Below are positions 1-9,351 of a stretch of 36,589 nucleotides of DNA, piece after piece; positions within the stretch are counted from its first letter, which is position 1; the number at the start of each line of letters is the position of its first letter. The notes beneath the pieces are model-generated. The model ran no database searches, was not told where the DNA came from, and saw nothing but the letters and a program-made list of their open reading frames with translations. Made by a program: the position numbers and the translations under genes. Source of the stretch: a virus (Duplodnaviria > Caudoviricetes); the IMG/VR virus record IMGVR_UViG_3300016662_000124, positions 1 through 36,589 of that record; one strand, given 5' to 3'.

Positions 1-2523
1 ATGGCTCCATCGTGGACCGACTTTTTCAAATTGTTCAGCTATGCGTCTGAGCCAGACCCTCTTTCTCGTCGCAATGACCCAAGGCAGTTTACCTCTGCTG
101 GTGTAAGCCAACCAGAGGCACTCGGGGCTGATATCAATAGCGCACAAGTCAGCGGCGGCATGTCTAGCTATCGTCAGACCAATGACATGATTGACACAAC
201 TACGCTGTCAAATCGTGCCATGCGTTATAAAGAGTACGAACGACTTCGTAATGTGCCAGAAATTGAAATGGCCATGACGGTTTTTTCCGATGAAGCCTGC
301 GTTGCCGGTAATACCAAAATAGCAACTCCATTCGGTTTTGTAACAATAAAAGAACTAGCAGACAAAAGAGCCGATGAAAGATTTCTCGTTTATTGCTATG
401 ATTTTGAAAAAAATGACTACACCATCGGCTGGGGATTTGCACCTCGTTTAGTCAAAAAAGCCCGAACAGTAAGAATTGTACTCGATAATGGCAGCACCAT
501 CACAGCAACGCCTGATCATAAAGTCCTAAAACGAGACGGAACTTGGGTCGAAGCTGGCGAAATACAATTCGGCGACGAACTCATGCCATTCTATCGAATC
601 CCGGCAAATCAACGATTAACCAAAATGAAAGTCAATCAATTCCCAAGAATTATGACCTTCAATAAAGGCTGGATTCACGAAAAACAATTCATAGATGACT
701 GGCGCACCGGCAAAACAAATCCGTTTTATGAAAAAGTAAATCTTGCTTGCAGATTACTTGGCAGCGGATTGTCCACAAGAAAAACCATGCAGCAAATGGG
801 TCACGATTGGCACTCCATCGAAGATTGGATTCATAAAGAAGGATTTTCCTACCGTGAAATAAAAAGACTTCATTGGAAATATGAAGACCGAAGAAGAGTC
901 GTTGATGTTTCAAAAGGACCGGAAATGGATGTTTATGACATTTCCGTCGAAAAACATAAATGCTTTGCTACAGACTCCGTAATTCTTCACAACTGCCAAA
1001 GAGACGAAAACGGCAACATATTTAAAATTACCACGGAAAACCAAGATGTAAAAGAAGAAATTGAATGGCTTTTCCTCAATAGAAAAATGCTCAATTTCAA
1101 TCGGCATGGCTGGGCATGGTTCAAAAACTTATGCATATTTGGCGACTTATTTGTTGAAATCGTAATCAATCCTGACAACCCCAAGGAAGGCATCTATCGT
1201 TGTGTTCATCTTCCAGCCGAAACAATGTACCGCATCGAAACAGTCAAAAATCGTCTCATTGAATTCCAACAAAGCAAGGAAGGTCCAGACTATCAAGCAA
1301 TTGTCCGTGGCTCTGTCACAGATATGACCGATTCAGAAATAGCTCAAAGCACAGCAATTAGATTTGCACCAAGCCAGATAGTCCATTTCAGAATAGGTGA
1401 CGATAGAAAGACATTCTATCCATATGGTCAAAGCCTTATCGAACCCGCCCGTGCTCCAGCCCACAGTCTTCGACTTATGGAAGATGCAATGGTCGTTTAT
1501 CGACTAGTTCGAGCGCCTGAACGCAGAGTTTTTTATATTGATGTGGGTCAACTTCCACCATTCAAGGCTGAAGCATTTATTGATCGATTAAAAGATCAAT
1601 TCCGCAAAAGAAAAATTACAAGTAACAGCGGCAGTCCCGGCGCAAACCAAGTAGAAGAACGCTGGATGCCACCCGCTCAAGATGAAGACTACTGGTTACC
1701 TATTCGACCAAATAGCAACACCAGAATCGATACTTTGCCGGGAGCCGAAAATCTCGGCGAAATCGATGATGCAGTATATTTCCGAAATAAACTTCTTACT
1801 GCACTTAACTTCCCCAAGAATTATTTCAATAACGAAGACCCCGGTGTAACAAGAATCAGCTTGTCTGCCCAAGATGTTAAATTTGCCAGAATGATCGAAA
1901 GACTTCAAAGTCATTTTGAAGATGGATTATTAGAAATCGCAGAGAGACATTTGGCTCTCAGGGGTTTCCCTGAAGAATCCTATCGTGATCTTAGAGTCAA
2001 AATGACACCACCTAGCGATTGGCGTGAACTTTCCCGTGCTGAAGTTGTAAACACCCGTTATGGCAACGCTGGTACTCTCAAAAGCAGTCAGTTAATGTCG
2101 GATTTTGACATTATGACTAAAATATTGAAATATAACGAGGACGAAACCGAAGAAATCCTCGCCCGACTCAAAATACAAAAACTTGAAGACTTAAAATTGC
2201 AAGTTATTTCGCAAAACCCACAACTTCTCGGTGTCGGCATCCCCGGTCAACCAGAAGAAGCAGGAAAAGAACTCGGCGCAGAAGCTGGTGGACCCTCAGC
2301 AATGCCCGAACCCGGTATGGGAGAACCACCACCACCAGCAGGCGAAGCAGGCAGCGAATTGCCGGAACCAACTGAAGTTCCAGCAGAAAAGACTACCGCA
2401 GCAGAGCCATCAGAAATGGAAGAACCAAACGAAAAAGATATTAAAAAATATGATCTTGAAATCCAAAATTATGACTTGGAATCAGATGCAGAAAACATCG
2501 ACTTTAGCGTGGGTGACGAATGA
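1..2523 (+). CDS. T4-like portal vertex protein (gp20), interrupted by an intein
   Basis: gp20 hallmarks LRLMEDAMVVYRLVRAPERRVFYIDVG, EDYWLPIR, IDTLPGAENLGEIDDAVYF, DVKFARMIERLQ; first gene of the portal-protease-scaffold-capsid block; acidic Pro-rich C-tail. Confidence 0.95.
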   Translation: MAPSWTDFFKLFSYASEPDPLSRRNDPRQFTSAGVSQPEALGADINSAQVSGGMSSYRQTNDMIDTTTLSNRAMRYKEYERLRNVPEIEMAMTVFSDEACVAGNTKIATPFGFVTIKELADKRADERFLVYCYDFEKNDYTIGWGFAPRLVKKARTVRIVLDNGSTITATPDHKVLKRDGTWVEAGEIQFGDELMPFYRIPANQRLTKMKVNQFPRIMTFNKGWIHEKQFIDDWRTGKTNPFYEKVNLACRLLGSGLSTRKTMQQMGHDWHSIEDWIHKEGFSYREIKRLHWKYEDRRRVVDVSKGPEMDVYDISVEKHKCFATDSVILHNCQRDENGNIFKITTENQDVKEEIEWLFLNRKMLNFNRHGWAWFKNLCIFGDLFVEIVINPDNPKEGIYRCVHLPAETMYRIETVKNRLIEFQQSKEGPDYQAIVRGSVTDMTDSEIAQSTAIRFAPSQIVHFRIGDDRKTFYPYGQSLIEPARAPAHSLRLMEDAMVVYRLVRAPERRVFYIDVGQLPPFKAEAFIDRLKDQFRKRKITSNSGSPGANQVEERWMPPAQDEDYWLPIRPNSNTRIDTLPGAENLGEIDDAVYFRNKLLTALNFPKNYFNNEDPGVTRISLSAQDVKFARMIERLQSHFEDGLLEIAERHLALRGFPEESYRDLRVKMTPPSDWRELSRAEVVNTRYGNAGTLKSSQLMSDFDIMTKILKYNEDETEEILARLKIQKLEDLKLQVISQNPQLLGVGIPGQPEEAGKELGAEAGGPSAMPEPGMGEPPPPAGEAGSELPEPTEVPAEKTTAAEPSEMEEPNEKDIKKYDLEIQNYDLESDAENIDFSVGDE
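298..993 (+). mobile_element. Intein (232 aa) in the portal gene, no recognisable LAGLIDADG domain
   Basis: Block A CVAGNTKIATP, block B TATPDHKV, block F VYDISVEKHKCF, block G ILHN followed by +1 Cys; removal restores FSDEA-CQRDENG. Confidence 0.93.
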
Positions 2524-2771
2524 TAAATTTGGCTCAATTGCCTAATCTATTTTTCAAAAACCGCAAATTTTTGGACAGTTCCACAATTGCAGGTTGTGTC
2601 AAATGCTGCTTGACCATTCAATCAAAAGAAATAATATCATTTACAGACAAGGAACAAACCTGCATATGCCCCAAATGTGGCCATGATACTATCATTTTTG
2701 ACAATATGGAATTTGCAATCAATGAAAATTCTCTAAAAAAAGCAAATAATTATTTATTTAAGAAAAATTAA
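2520..2771 (+). CDS. Small Cys-rich zinc-ribbon protein
   Basis: CVKC and CPKC pairs; ATGA overlap with the portal stop. Confidence 0.7.
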   Translation: MINLAQLPNLFFKNRKFLDSSTIAGCVKCCLTIQSKEIISFTDKEQTCICPKCGHDTIIFDNMEFAINENSLKKANNYLFKKN

Positions 2772-3115
2772 CCCAGATTAAAACCATCAGCAGCAGGCGG
2801 TCTGATCTGTTCACCCTCTTCTTTACCTGATCGATCACCCAAACCCTTGTCGGTAAATCCACCATTCATTTTCTTCTTGATGTCAAGGAAGGCATCAAGG
2901 TTGTGTTTATTCAATATTTCTCGGATATCTGGGTCCATTCTTTGTTGATTTAGAAAAGCAACAATCATTTCCGGCTTGGTTTTTAACAAATGTTTCAAAG
3001 CCATGACCGCAATCGCTGTATTGTCGGCATCTTGATGTTTTTGATCCGGCTTTTTCTCTGCAATGTATGAGGGAGCATCCTCGTTTAAAGCAAGATATTC
3101 CATAAATGTTTTCAT
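2768..3115 (-). CDS. Hypothetical protein with capsid-targeting-like N-terminus
   Basis: MKTFMEYLALNE start; GAGGA SD upstream; TATATA box at 3149-3154. Confidence 0.8.
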   Translation of the reverse strand: MKTFMEYLALNEDAPSYIAEKKPDQKHQDADNTAIAVMALKHLLKTKPEMIVAFLNQQRMDPDIREILNKHNLDAFLDIKKKMNGGFTDKGLGDRSGKEEGEQIRPPAADGFNLG

Positions 3116-3279
3116 TTATTTCCTCAAATTCTCGTTCTATTGCATACTTATATACTAGGCAGGTGTGAATTTAAACATACGGCTGCAAAAATGGAGCATG
3201 AAGTATACATACTCTCATTAGCAAGCACCGTCAAGAATGTATGATTTGTAATTTAACCAGATCAGGGAGTTAATAGATT

Positions 3280-5112
3280 ATGAAGAGAAAACTAATTAGC
3301 TTCGATGCTTTTAGAAAAATCGAAGAATCATCATTTACAAACGCAGAAAACGAATTGATCCAAGCAGAGGAAGTGCTTGCAAAAACTCTGGGTGTTGAAC
3401 AACTAAATCTACACTCTTTCGGTGAATCAGATGTCACCTATCAAACCAACGATGGCAACTTCGTCCATGCAGTCTACACCATCGACAAAGACAAAGTCAT
3501 CCTCGAAAATATCCAAATGCTTGTTATTGATGAGCAAACAGAAAAGAAAGCAGCAAGGAAAGTGATCAGCGACATGCTTGATTCAATCCTTGAAAACAAG
3601 GACAAAAAAGCCAATGAACTTTTTGAGTCATACATGAATATGCCCTCAATCAAGCGTGAAATAAACGAAGCAGTCAGCATCGGTGGCTTCAAGCTCACAG
3701 TCAGCAAGCCCAAAGGACTTCGCAAGCCTTCCAAGCTCAAGGGAAGACACCAAAATCCCGCAGATGTCAAGAGGCGCATTGAATCCCGCATGAAAACCCT
3801 TCGTGGTCTCTCTACAGCAAAGAAGCAAACTGTCCGTGAAAAGGCTCGTAAAATTGCTGGTGCAGGACAAAAGAGAGTCTATGCACGCAAGATTAAGCCA
3901 AGTGCCATGAAAGAATGGCTCAATATGTGCGAAAATGTCATCGGATACCTTGATTTCAAGGCGACAGGATCACTCCTTCGTGAATCCACCATGAAAACCG
4001 ATAGCCAAGGCAATGTTGTCGCAGTCGCAATCCCAACCATTCAAAAGCGTAACGAAGGCAAAGTCCTTGACATGGGTCTTCAGACCATCGACAGCACAAG
4101 CAAAGTTCTTCGTGGCAAAATGAAGAAGATTCACGAAGACCAAAACTTCGTCAAGGCTATGGCTGACCTCAAGCGTTATAACAATATTAGCGATAGCTCC
4201 GCTCTTGAGGAAACCCTTGAAGCCATCATCAGCCGCTGGCCAGATGTTCTCTATGTCACCGAAAGCGAACTTGCCGAACAAATCGCAGTCGCTCTTGAAA
4301 CAGCAGGCGTTAAAAATTATGACGATGCAACCTGTGCATTCATGGCAGAAGCAATTCTTCGCTCCGCTCACAACGCCTACACCGAACGAGTCCGCAAGAT
4401 CGCAACCCTTGCTGGCGCAAAAAACGATGTGACATCCGAGTGCGAATCATGCTCAGATGCCTACAAGGATTTCGCCGAAGTCGCAGACCTAGCATTTGCA
4501 CAAATTGACGAAAGCACCGAAAACGAATTCAGAATTTTCTCTGATCTTTATAACGCTCTGCTTGAAGTTCATCGTGTCGCTGCTGAAATTGGCGACGAAG
4601 CAACTAGAATCGACGCTGCCGACTTCATGCAGGAATGTAGCGCAATTCTCAACAACAGGGCGGATGTTGATCTCAGTCTCGCAGAAGCAATTGCTGATTA
4701 CCTCGCTGATCTTCTTGAAGCAGCAGGCGAAGGCGATGCCGGAATCGATGCAAAACCTGAAATTAGCGTCGGCGGCGACCACAGCATGACCAAATACAAC
4801 GCAAAACAAGCAGCAGTATCCAGCAACAATACCGGTAGCTGGAAGGACGCTGCTCCTGTTAGCGATGGCAAAGATTACGACAAGGGTCTTGCAGACGAAA
4901 TGGGAAATGACGGTTTCAGCAACATCGCTTCAGGCGACACTTGGCCAGACATGAAGAACCCTTATGTCCCCAAGTCCATGATGTACAAGATGAAAGAAAA
5001 GTCAGTTTTTGACGATTCAGAAGACCTTGGAACCATGTCTTCCGGCGACACTTGGCCAAATCTCAAGAATCCTATGGCTCCCAAGCCTGTTATGCCAAAA
5101 CCAGTTGTCTAA
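3280..5112 (+). CDS. Putative prohead core / internal head protein (610 aa)
   Basis: Sits between portal and protease (position of T4 gp67/gp68); C-ending codon bias like gp22/gp23; K/R-rich segment; duplicated C-terminal SGDTWPxxKNP motif. Function inferred from position only. Confidence 0.65.
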   Translation: MKRKLISFDAFRKIEESSFTNAENELIQAEEVLAKTLGVEQLNLHSFGESDVTYQTNDGNFVHAVYTIDKDKVILENIQMLVIDEQTEKKAARKVISDMLDSILENKDKKANELFESYMNMPSIKREINEAVSIGGFKLTVSKPKGLRKPSKLKGRHQNPADVKRRIESRMKTLRGLSTAKKQTVREKARKIAGAGQKRVYARKIKPSAMKEWLNMCENVIGYLDFKATGSLLRESTMKTDSQGNVVAVAIPTIQKRNEGKVLDMGLQTIDSTSKVLRGKMKKIHEDQNFVKAMADLKRYNNISDSSALEETLEAIISRWPDVLYVTESELAEQIAVALETAGVKNYDDATCAFMAEAILRSAHNAYTERVRKIATLAGAKNDVTSECESCSDAYKDFAEVADLAFAQIDESTENEFRIFSDLYNALLEVHRVAAEIGDEATRIDAADFMQECSAILNNRADVDLSLAEAIADYLADLLEAAGEGDAGIDAKPEISVGGDHSMTKYNAKQAAVSSNNTGSWKDAAPVSDGKDYDKGLADEMGNDGFSNIASGDTWPDMKNPYVPKSMMYKMKEKSVFDDSEDLGTMSSGDTWPNLKNPMAPKPVMPKPVV

Positions 5113-5125
5113 GTAAAGGAGTTCA

Positions 5126-5809
5126 ATGGAAAACCAATTTCTGCTGGTTGATTGCTGCAACAACGGCGGATTTACCATGAATATGAACGAGTCAGTCTCC
5201 GATAGGGGACTGACTAAATTCCGAGGTAAATTCCAAGAAGCTGAAGCCGTCAACAAAAATAAAAGAATCTATCCTTATGCTGTTCTTGACGAAAATGTCA
5301 AAAAGCTTATGCCAATTATCCAAAATCGTGGTCTTATCGGCGAATTAGACCATCCAACAGACTCTATAATTCATTTTGAGAAATGCTCTCACATCGTTAC
5401 TAAACTATGGTGGGAGGGTAATAACCTGATGGGAGAAGGAGAAATCCTTAATACCCCTCATGGAAAAATTCTCAAAGCACTACTGAATGACGGCGTTCGT
5501 GTCGGCATCTCTAGCCGAGGCGTTGGAAATGGAAGAAGCGACGAGAATGGAATTTTAGTGATTGGTGAAAGCTACAAACTCATCACCTTTGATGCCGTAG
5601 CAGACCCAAGCACTCATTCGGCATTTCAGGAGAAATTGTCGAGTGGCAAGAAAGAAAATTATTCACCTCATCCTGCCCAAGAATTTCCGAAAAATTCGGT
5701 AAAAAACGAAAGCAGCAGCATACATAAGGTTAACAAAGAAGCCTTATTGGCATGTTTAGGTGGAATAATCGAACAACAAACAAGAAAAATCACAGCGAGG
5801 TTAGGCTAA
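5126..5809 (+). CDS. Prohead core protease (T4 gp21-like)
   Basis: NKNKRIYP, GELDHP, SH, ILNTPHG, GISSRGVG, FDAVADPS motifs; AAGGAG SD. Confidence 0.95.
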   Translation: MENQFLLVDCCNNGGFTMNMNESVSDRGLTKFRGKFQEAEAVNKNKRIYPYAVLDENVKKLMPIIQNRGLIGELDHPTDSIIHFEKCSHIVTKLWWEGNNLMGEGEILNTPHGKILKALLNDGVRVGISSRGVGNGRSDENGILVIGESYKLITFDAVADPSTHSAFQEKLSSGKKENYSPHPAQEFPKNSVKNESSSIHKVNKEALLACLGGIIEQQTRKITARLG

Positions 5810-6705
5810 TGGATAAGATCGTAGATGCACTTAAGAAACTATTGCCCCAAAGCGAAGTCAATGAGGTTGCGGAAGCCGTCAGCGAACTGCTTGAACAAGC
5901 CAAGGCGAACCTTGAGTCTGAATACAACCAGAAGCTTGAGGAAGCTTATGCCGAACTCACCAGCGAACTTTCCGAAGCAGAGAAAGTTGCAGAGCAGGGC
6001 TACGAGGAAGCATACTCAATCATCGGCGATCTTCGCAGCCGTCTTGAACTCCAAGGCGAAGAATACAAATCTGCCCTCAACGATGGCTACGAAGAAGCTT
6101 ATCAAATGTTGAAGGCAGAGCGTGAAAAGAACCAAAATCTTGAAGTTGAAATGTACGAGGAATACGACTCCAAACTCGTAGCCATGAAAGAATACATGGT
6201 TGACAAGATTAGCGACTTCCTCTCAATCAAAGGTCAAGAAATTTACGAACAAGCTCGTCGTGATGTTCTTAACGATCCCCGTCTTGCCGAACACAAGGTC
6301 GCACTCGACAAGATCGTTAACATTGCTTCGAACTATCTTTCCGACGACACCCTCGCATCAGCAAACACCGAAAAGCTACAGGAAACTTCCAAGCAGCTTG
6401 ACGAGGTTAAAGCTCAATTGCGTATTCTTGAAGCCCGTAACATCCGTCTCAGCACCGAAAACACCAAGCTGAACGAGAGCGTTCGCCAAGCCCAAGAACT
6501 CATCAGCGAAAGCCGCAAGTTTGTCACAAAGGAAAAGAAATACGCTGTCATCAGCGAACAGAAAGAAAGAGTTGAGAAAGCAAAGAATGTAACGGGGAGA
6601 GGCAATACATCCAGCGACAATGTTGTGATCTCTGAATACAACGCTTCCGCTGGTTCTGACATGGATCAACTGTTGGTCTTGTCGGGTCTGAAACAAACCA
6701 AGTAA
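5809..6705 (+). CDS. Prohead scaffolding/core protein (T4 gp22-like)
   Basis: Glu-rich coiled coil between protease and capsid; start placed at ATG 5809 (TAATG overlap, GAGG SD) rather than 5752. Confidence 0.85.
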   Translation: MDKIVDALKKLLPQSEVNEVAEAVSELLEQAKANLESEYNQKLEEAYAELTSELSEAEKVAEQGYEEAYSIIGDLRSRLELQGEEYKSALNDGYEEAYQMLKAEREKNQNLEVEMYEEYDSKLVAMKEYMVDKISDFLSIKGQEIYEQARRDVLNDPRLAEHKVALDKIVNIASNYLSDDTLASANTEKLQETSKQLDEVKAQLRILEARNIRLSTENTKLNESVRQAQELISESRKFVTKEKKYAVISEQKERVEKAKNVTGRGNTSSDNVVISEYNASAGSDMDQLLVLSGLKQTK

Positions 6706-6739
6706 ATTTTACTCCTTTTAGCTAAAGAATAGGAACTTT

Positions 6740-8176
6740 ATGAACGCAAACTCAAGATTTTTGAACGAGGCTAGGGAGCTAGAAACTCGTTGGAAGCAGA
6801 CCGGTCTCCTCGAAGGCATTCAGGACCGATATGTCCGCTCCGCAACCGCAGTTCTGCTCGAAAACCAAAGACTGATGAACGAAGTCAGCACCGATACTGG
6901 CGATGTCGCCCAGTTCAAGAGAATTTCAATTCCCCTTGTTCGTCGTATCTACCCACAGCTTATCGCCAACAAGATCGTATCCGTCCAGCCTTTGCTTGGC
7001 CCCACCGGTCTTGTCTATTATCTCCGCTTCCGCTACTCCAGCAACAAGGGCGCTACCCGTGGCGCTGACAACATCGGCGGTTTCCCCGGTGATGATGCCA
7101 ACTCATTGATGCAGAAGGCTGACGGTACTGCTAATCTTGACATTTTTTACTCAAGCCAGTTCGTTCAGAACGAAACAACCAGCACTGACGCTGGCGCAGG
7201 CGTTTTGAGCGTATTCTCACCTCTTGAACACACTCCAATCCTCCCCGGCACAATTACCGGCACTATTTATGATGGTTCTACTGCTATCCAGACCTTCACG
7301 GTTTCTGCTGGCGGCGTTTTCACCTTCAACGATATCGGCGTTCCTGAGCCTAAAGTTACCGCTGGTACTCTTAATACCACTACTGGCGAACTAACCCTTA
7401 CTTGGAACGGCGCTCCCGGTCCAAATCACGCTGTCGTCTCCTATGAGATGAACATGGAGTGCAATCAAGACCTTCCTGAGATCAACCTTGTCGTTGAATC
7501 AGAAGAAATCGCTGCTAAGACCCGTAAGCTCAAGGCTGTTTGGTCTTATGAAGCACAGCAAGACCTCCGCTCACAGCACAATCTTGATGCTGAAGCCGAG
7601 TTGACCGCTGTTCTCGCTCAGGAAATCAACCTCGAAATCGACCGTGAAGTCCTCACCGACCTCCGTAACAACGCAGGCACCGTGTCCGCTTGGGACTTCA
7701 ACACCGCTCTTGGCGAAACCATCAAGGAAAAGTACGAAAGCCTTTATGTTAAGGTTGTCGAAATTTCCAATGTCATCCATAGGAAGACTCTCCGTGGTGG
7801 CGCTAACTGGATCGTGACCAGCCCAGAAGTTGCTTCAATCTTTGAAACCGCTACCGCTGGCTTCGCTCCTGCTCCTTCCGAAACCTTCACCTCAAGCCTT
7901 GGCATCCAGTATGTCGGCACCGTGAACAATCGTTGGAGACTCTACAAAGACCCCCTCTTCCCAAGCAATCAACTTCTCATGGGATACAAGGGTGATAGCT
8001 ACATGGATAGCGGATATTTCTACTGTCCTTATGTTCCTCTTACTCAGACCCCAGTTGTCCTTGATCCAGAGTCCTTCTGTCCTCGCAAGGGCATACTTAC
8101 CCGTTACGGAAAAAAATTATTACGCGAAGGTGCCAAATTCTATGCGAGACTTTCTATCGCAAATTTCGTAATATAG
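6740..8176 (+). CDS. Major capsid protein (T4 gp23-like)
   Basis: IPLVRR, VQPLLGPTGL, AKTRKLKA, QDLRSQHNLDAEAEL, EINLEIDRE, FYCPYVPL, TRYG motifs. Confidence 0.97.
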   Translation: MNANSRFLNEARELETRWKQTGLLEGIQDRYVRSATAVLLENQRLMNEVSTDTGDVAQFKRISIPLVRRIYPQLIANKIVSVQPLLGPTGLVYYLRFRYSSNKGATRGADNIGGFPGDDANSLMQKADGTANLDIFYSSQFVQNETTSTDAGAGVLSVFSPLEHTPILPGTITGTIYDGSTAIQTFTVSAGGVFTFNDIGVPEPKVTAGTLNTTTGELTLTWNGAPGPNHAVVSYEMNMECNQDLPEINLVVESEEIAAKTRKLKAVWSYEAQQDLRSQHNLDAEAELTAVLAQEINLEIDREVLTDLRNNAGTVSAWDFNTALGETIKEKYESLYVKVVEISNVIHRKTLRGGANWIVTSPEVASIFETATAGFAPAPSETFTSSLGIQYVGTVNNRWRLYKDPLFPSNQLLMGYKGDSYMDSGYFYCPYVPLTQTPVVLDPESFCPRKGILTRYGKKLLREGAKFYARLSIANFVI

Positions 8177-8208
8177 GCATACTATTCTTATCTCAAATAA
8201 GAATAAAA

Positions 8209-8241
8209 AGAACCCCGGCTCAAAACCGGGGTTCTCTCTTT
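8209..8241 (+). terminator. Intrinsic terminator after the capsid gene, probably bidirectional
   Basis: AGAACCCCGG/CCGGGGTTCT stem with an A-tract before and a T-rich tract after; a second hairpin TATTCTTAT/ATAAGAATA lies at 8183-8205. Confidence 0.85.
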
Positions 8242-9351
8242 TTACTTTTTCAAAGATTCGACTTGAGGCAAATTCAATAAAAATTCCAACTCAATATTCT
8301 TTGAATTCAAAAATTTTTCATCAACATAAATAAATTCAATATTTTTTTTATTGCAAAATATATTTGCTGCTTCTACCTTATTTTTAACTTCTTGTTCTCT
8401 CATCCTGAAAGATGGTTTAATTTCATAAATTCTAGGAAGACCAATCTTCAAAAATACAAAAAAGTCTGGTATGTAATTCCTGTAAACACCGTTTTCTTTT
8501 TCATAAGGAATTGCAAATGGTTCATTCTCATACCATAAAACATTATCATCCGAATCAATAATATAATGCATGATCAATTCTAAACTAGAACGATAAAATG
8601 CTCTTGATTTTTTACACTTAGAACTATTGTACCATCCTGTGTAAAAGAATCTTGGGTCTTCTGGAGAGAATTCACCACGAATAATCTTTTGAGCCATTGT
8701 TTCACTTTGTTTATGATTCCATTCTTCTGGCCTTGTAATTCCTTTAGCCCAAGGATTTTCCCAAGATTCCCTCAGCCATTCTCTACAATTATCTCTCAAA
8801 TAATCTTTCATTTCCGGCAATTGATTATATCTTTCAACGCCATACCTATCCATCATGGTTTGAGCTACTTTTGACTTAACTTCTGGAACATCCATGATAT
8901 TGTCTACACCATAGCGTTCTTGACAGGTTTGTCGCATTTTCTCTTTAACTTCCTCTGATTGAAGAGGATAATCAACGCCATATTTTTCTTGCATGGCAGC
9001 TTTTACAGCTTCTTTGCCAACTTCTGATTTCATGTGGTGATCAACACCATATTTTTCCAAACAGGTTTCTTTTCTTTTTTCAAGCACTTGTTCAACAAAG
9101 CCTTGATCCTTAAATTGCTCTTTTCTCTTGGCAATTTGCTCTGGTGTGTTTATTGGCAAAACTCCTCCATACTTTTCCTCAACTGTTTTCTTAATCTTTG
9201 CTTGCACATCTGCCCTTTTTGCGGGATTATCAGTTTTCAGCTTACAGCTTCTACAGATGTGCTTACCATCATTTGGGTTACTATCAGCGTCATTTTGCCA
9301 ATAATAAAGTTGAAGTTTCATGTGCCTTTTGTAATGAGGTTCACCATCCAT
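8242..9351 (-). CDS. Free-standing TnsA-like PD-(D/E)xK endonuclease with N-terminal (K/R)YGV repeats; true 5' end uncertain or truncated
   Basis: YRSSLE...YENEPFAIPY...YIPDF...EIKP nuclease motifs; five ~25-aa (K/R)YG(V/G) repeats; first ~25 codons are antisense to the next ORF. Confidence 0.8.
   Translation of the reverse strand: MDGEPHYKRHMKLQLYYWQNDADSNPNDGKHICRSCKLKTDNPAKRADVQAKIKKTVEEKYGGVLPINTPEQIAKRKEQFKDQGFVEQVLEKRKETCLEKYGVDHHMKSEVGKEAVKAAMQEKYGVDYPLQSEEVKEKMRQTCQERYGVDNIMDVPEVKSKVAQTMMDRYGVERYNQLPEMKDYLRDNCREWLRESWENPWAKGITRPEEWNHKQSETMAQKIIRGEFSPEDPRFFYTGWYNSSKCKKSRAFYRSSLELIMHYIIDSDDNVLWYENEPFAIPYEKENGVYRNYIPDFFVFLKIGLPRIYEIKPSFRMREQEVKNKVEAANIFCNKKNIEFIYVDEKFLNSKNIELEFLLNLPQVESLKK

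Noticed and set aside
3474-7929. Many antisense and alternate-frame ORFs over the head genes (also over the SNF2 and other long genes)
   Set aside because: Shadows of codon-biased real genes; no SD or recognisable motifs
8242-9300. Local invertible segment flipping the nuclease gene
   Set aside because: No convincing inverted repeats at the two ends, no room for the missing N-terminus between 8177 and 8241, and no invertase in the window
8242-9351. Assignment as T4 gp4 head-completion nuclease or as part of a Tn7 element
   Set aside because: The long repeat-containing N-terminus and antisense insertion fit a free-standing mobile nuclease; no TnsB/TnsC or transposon ends seen
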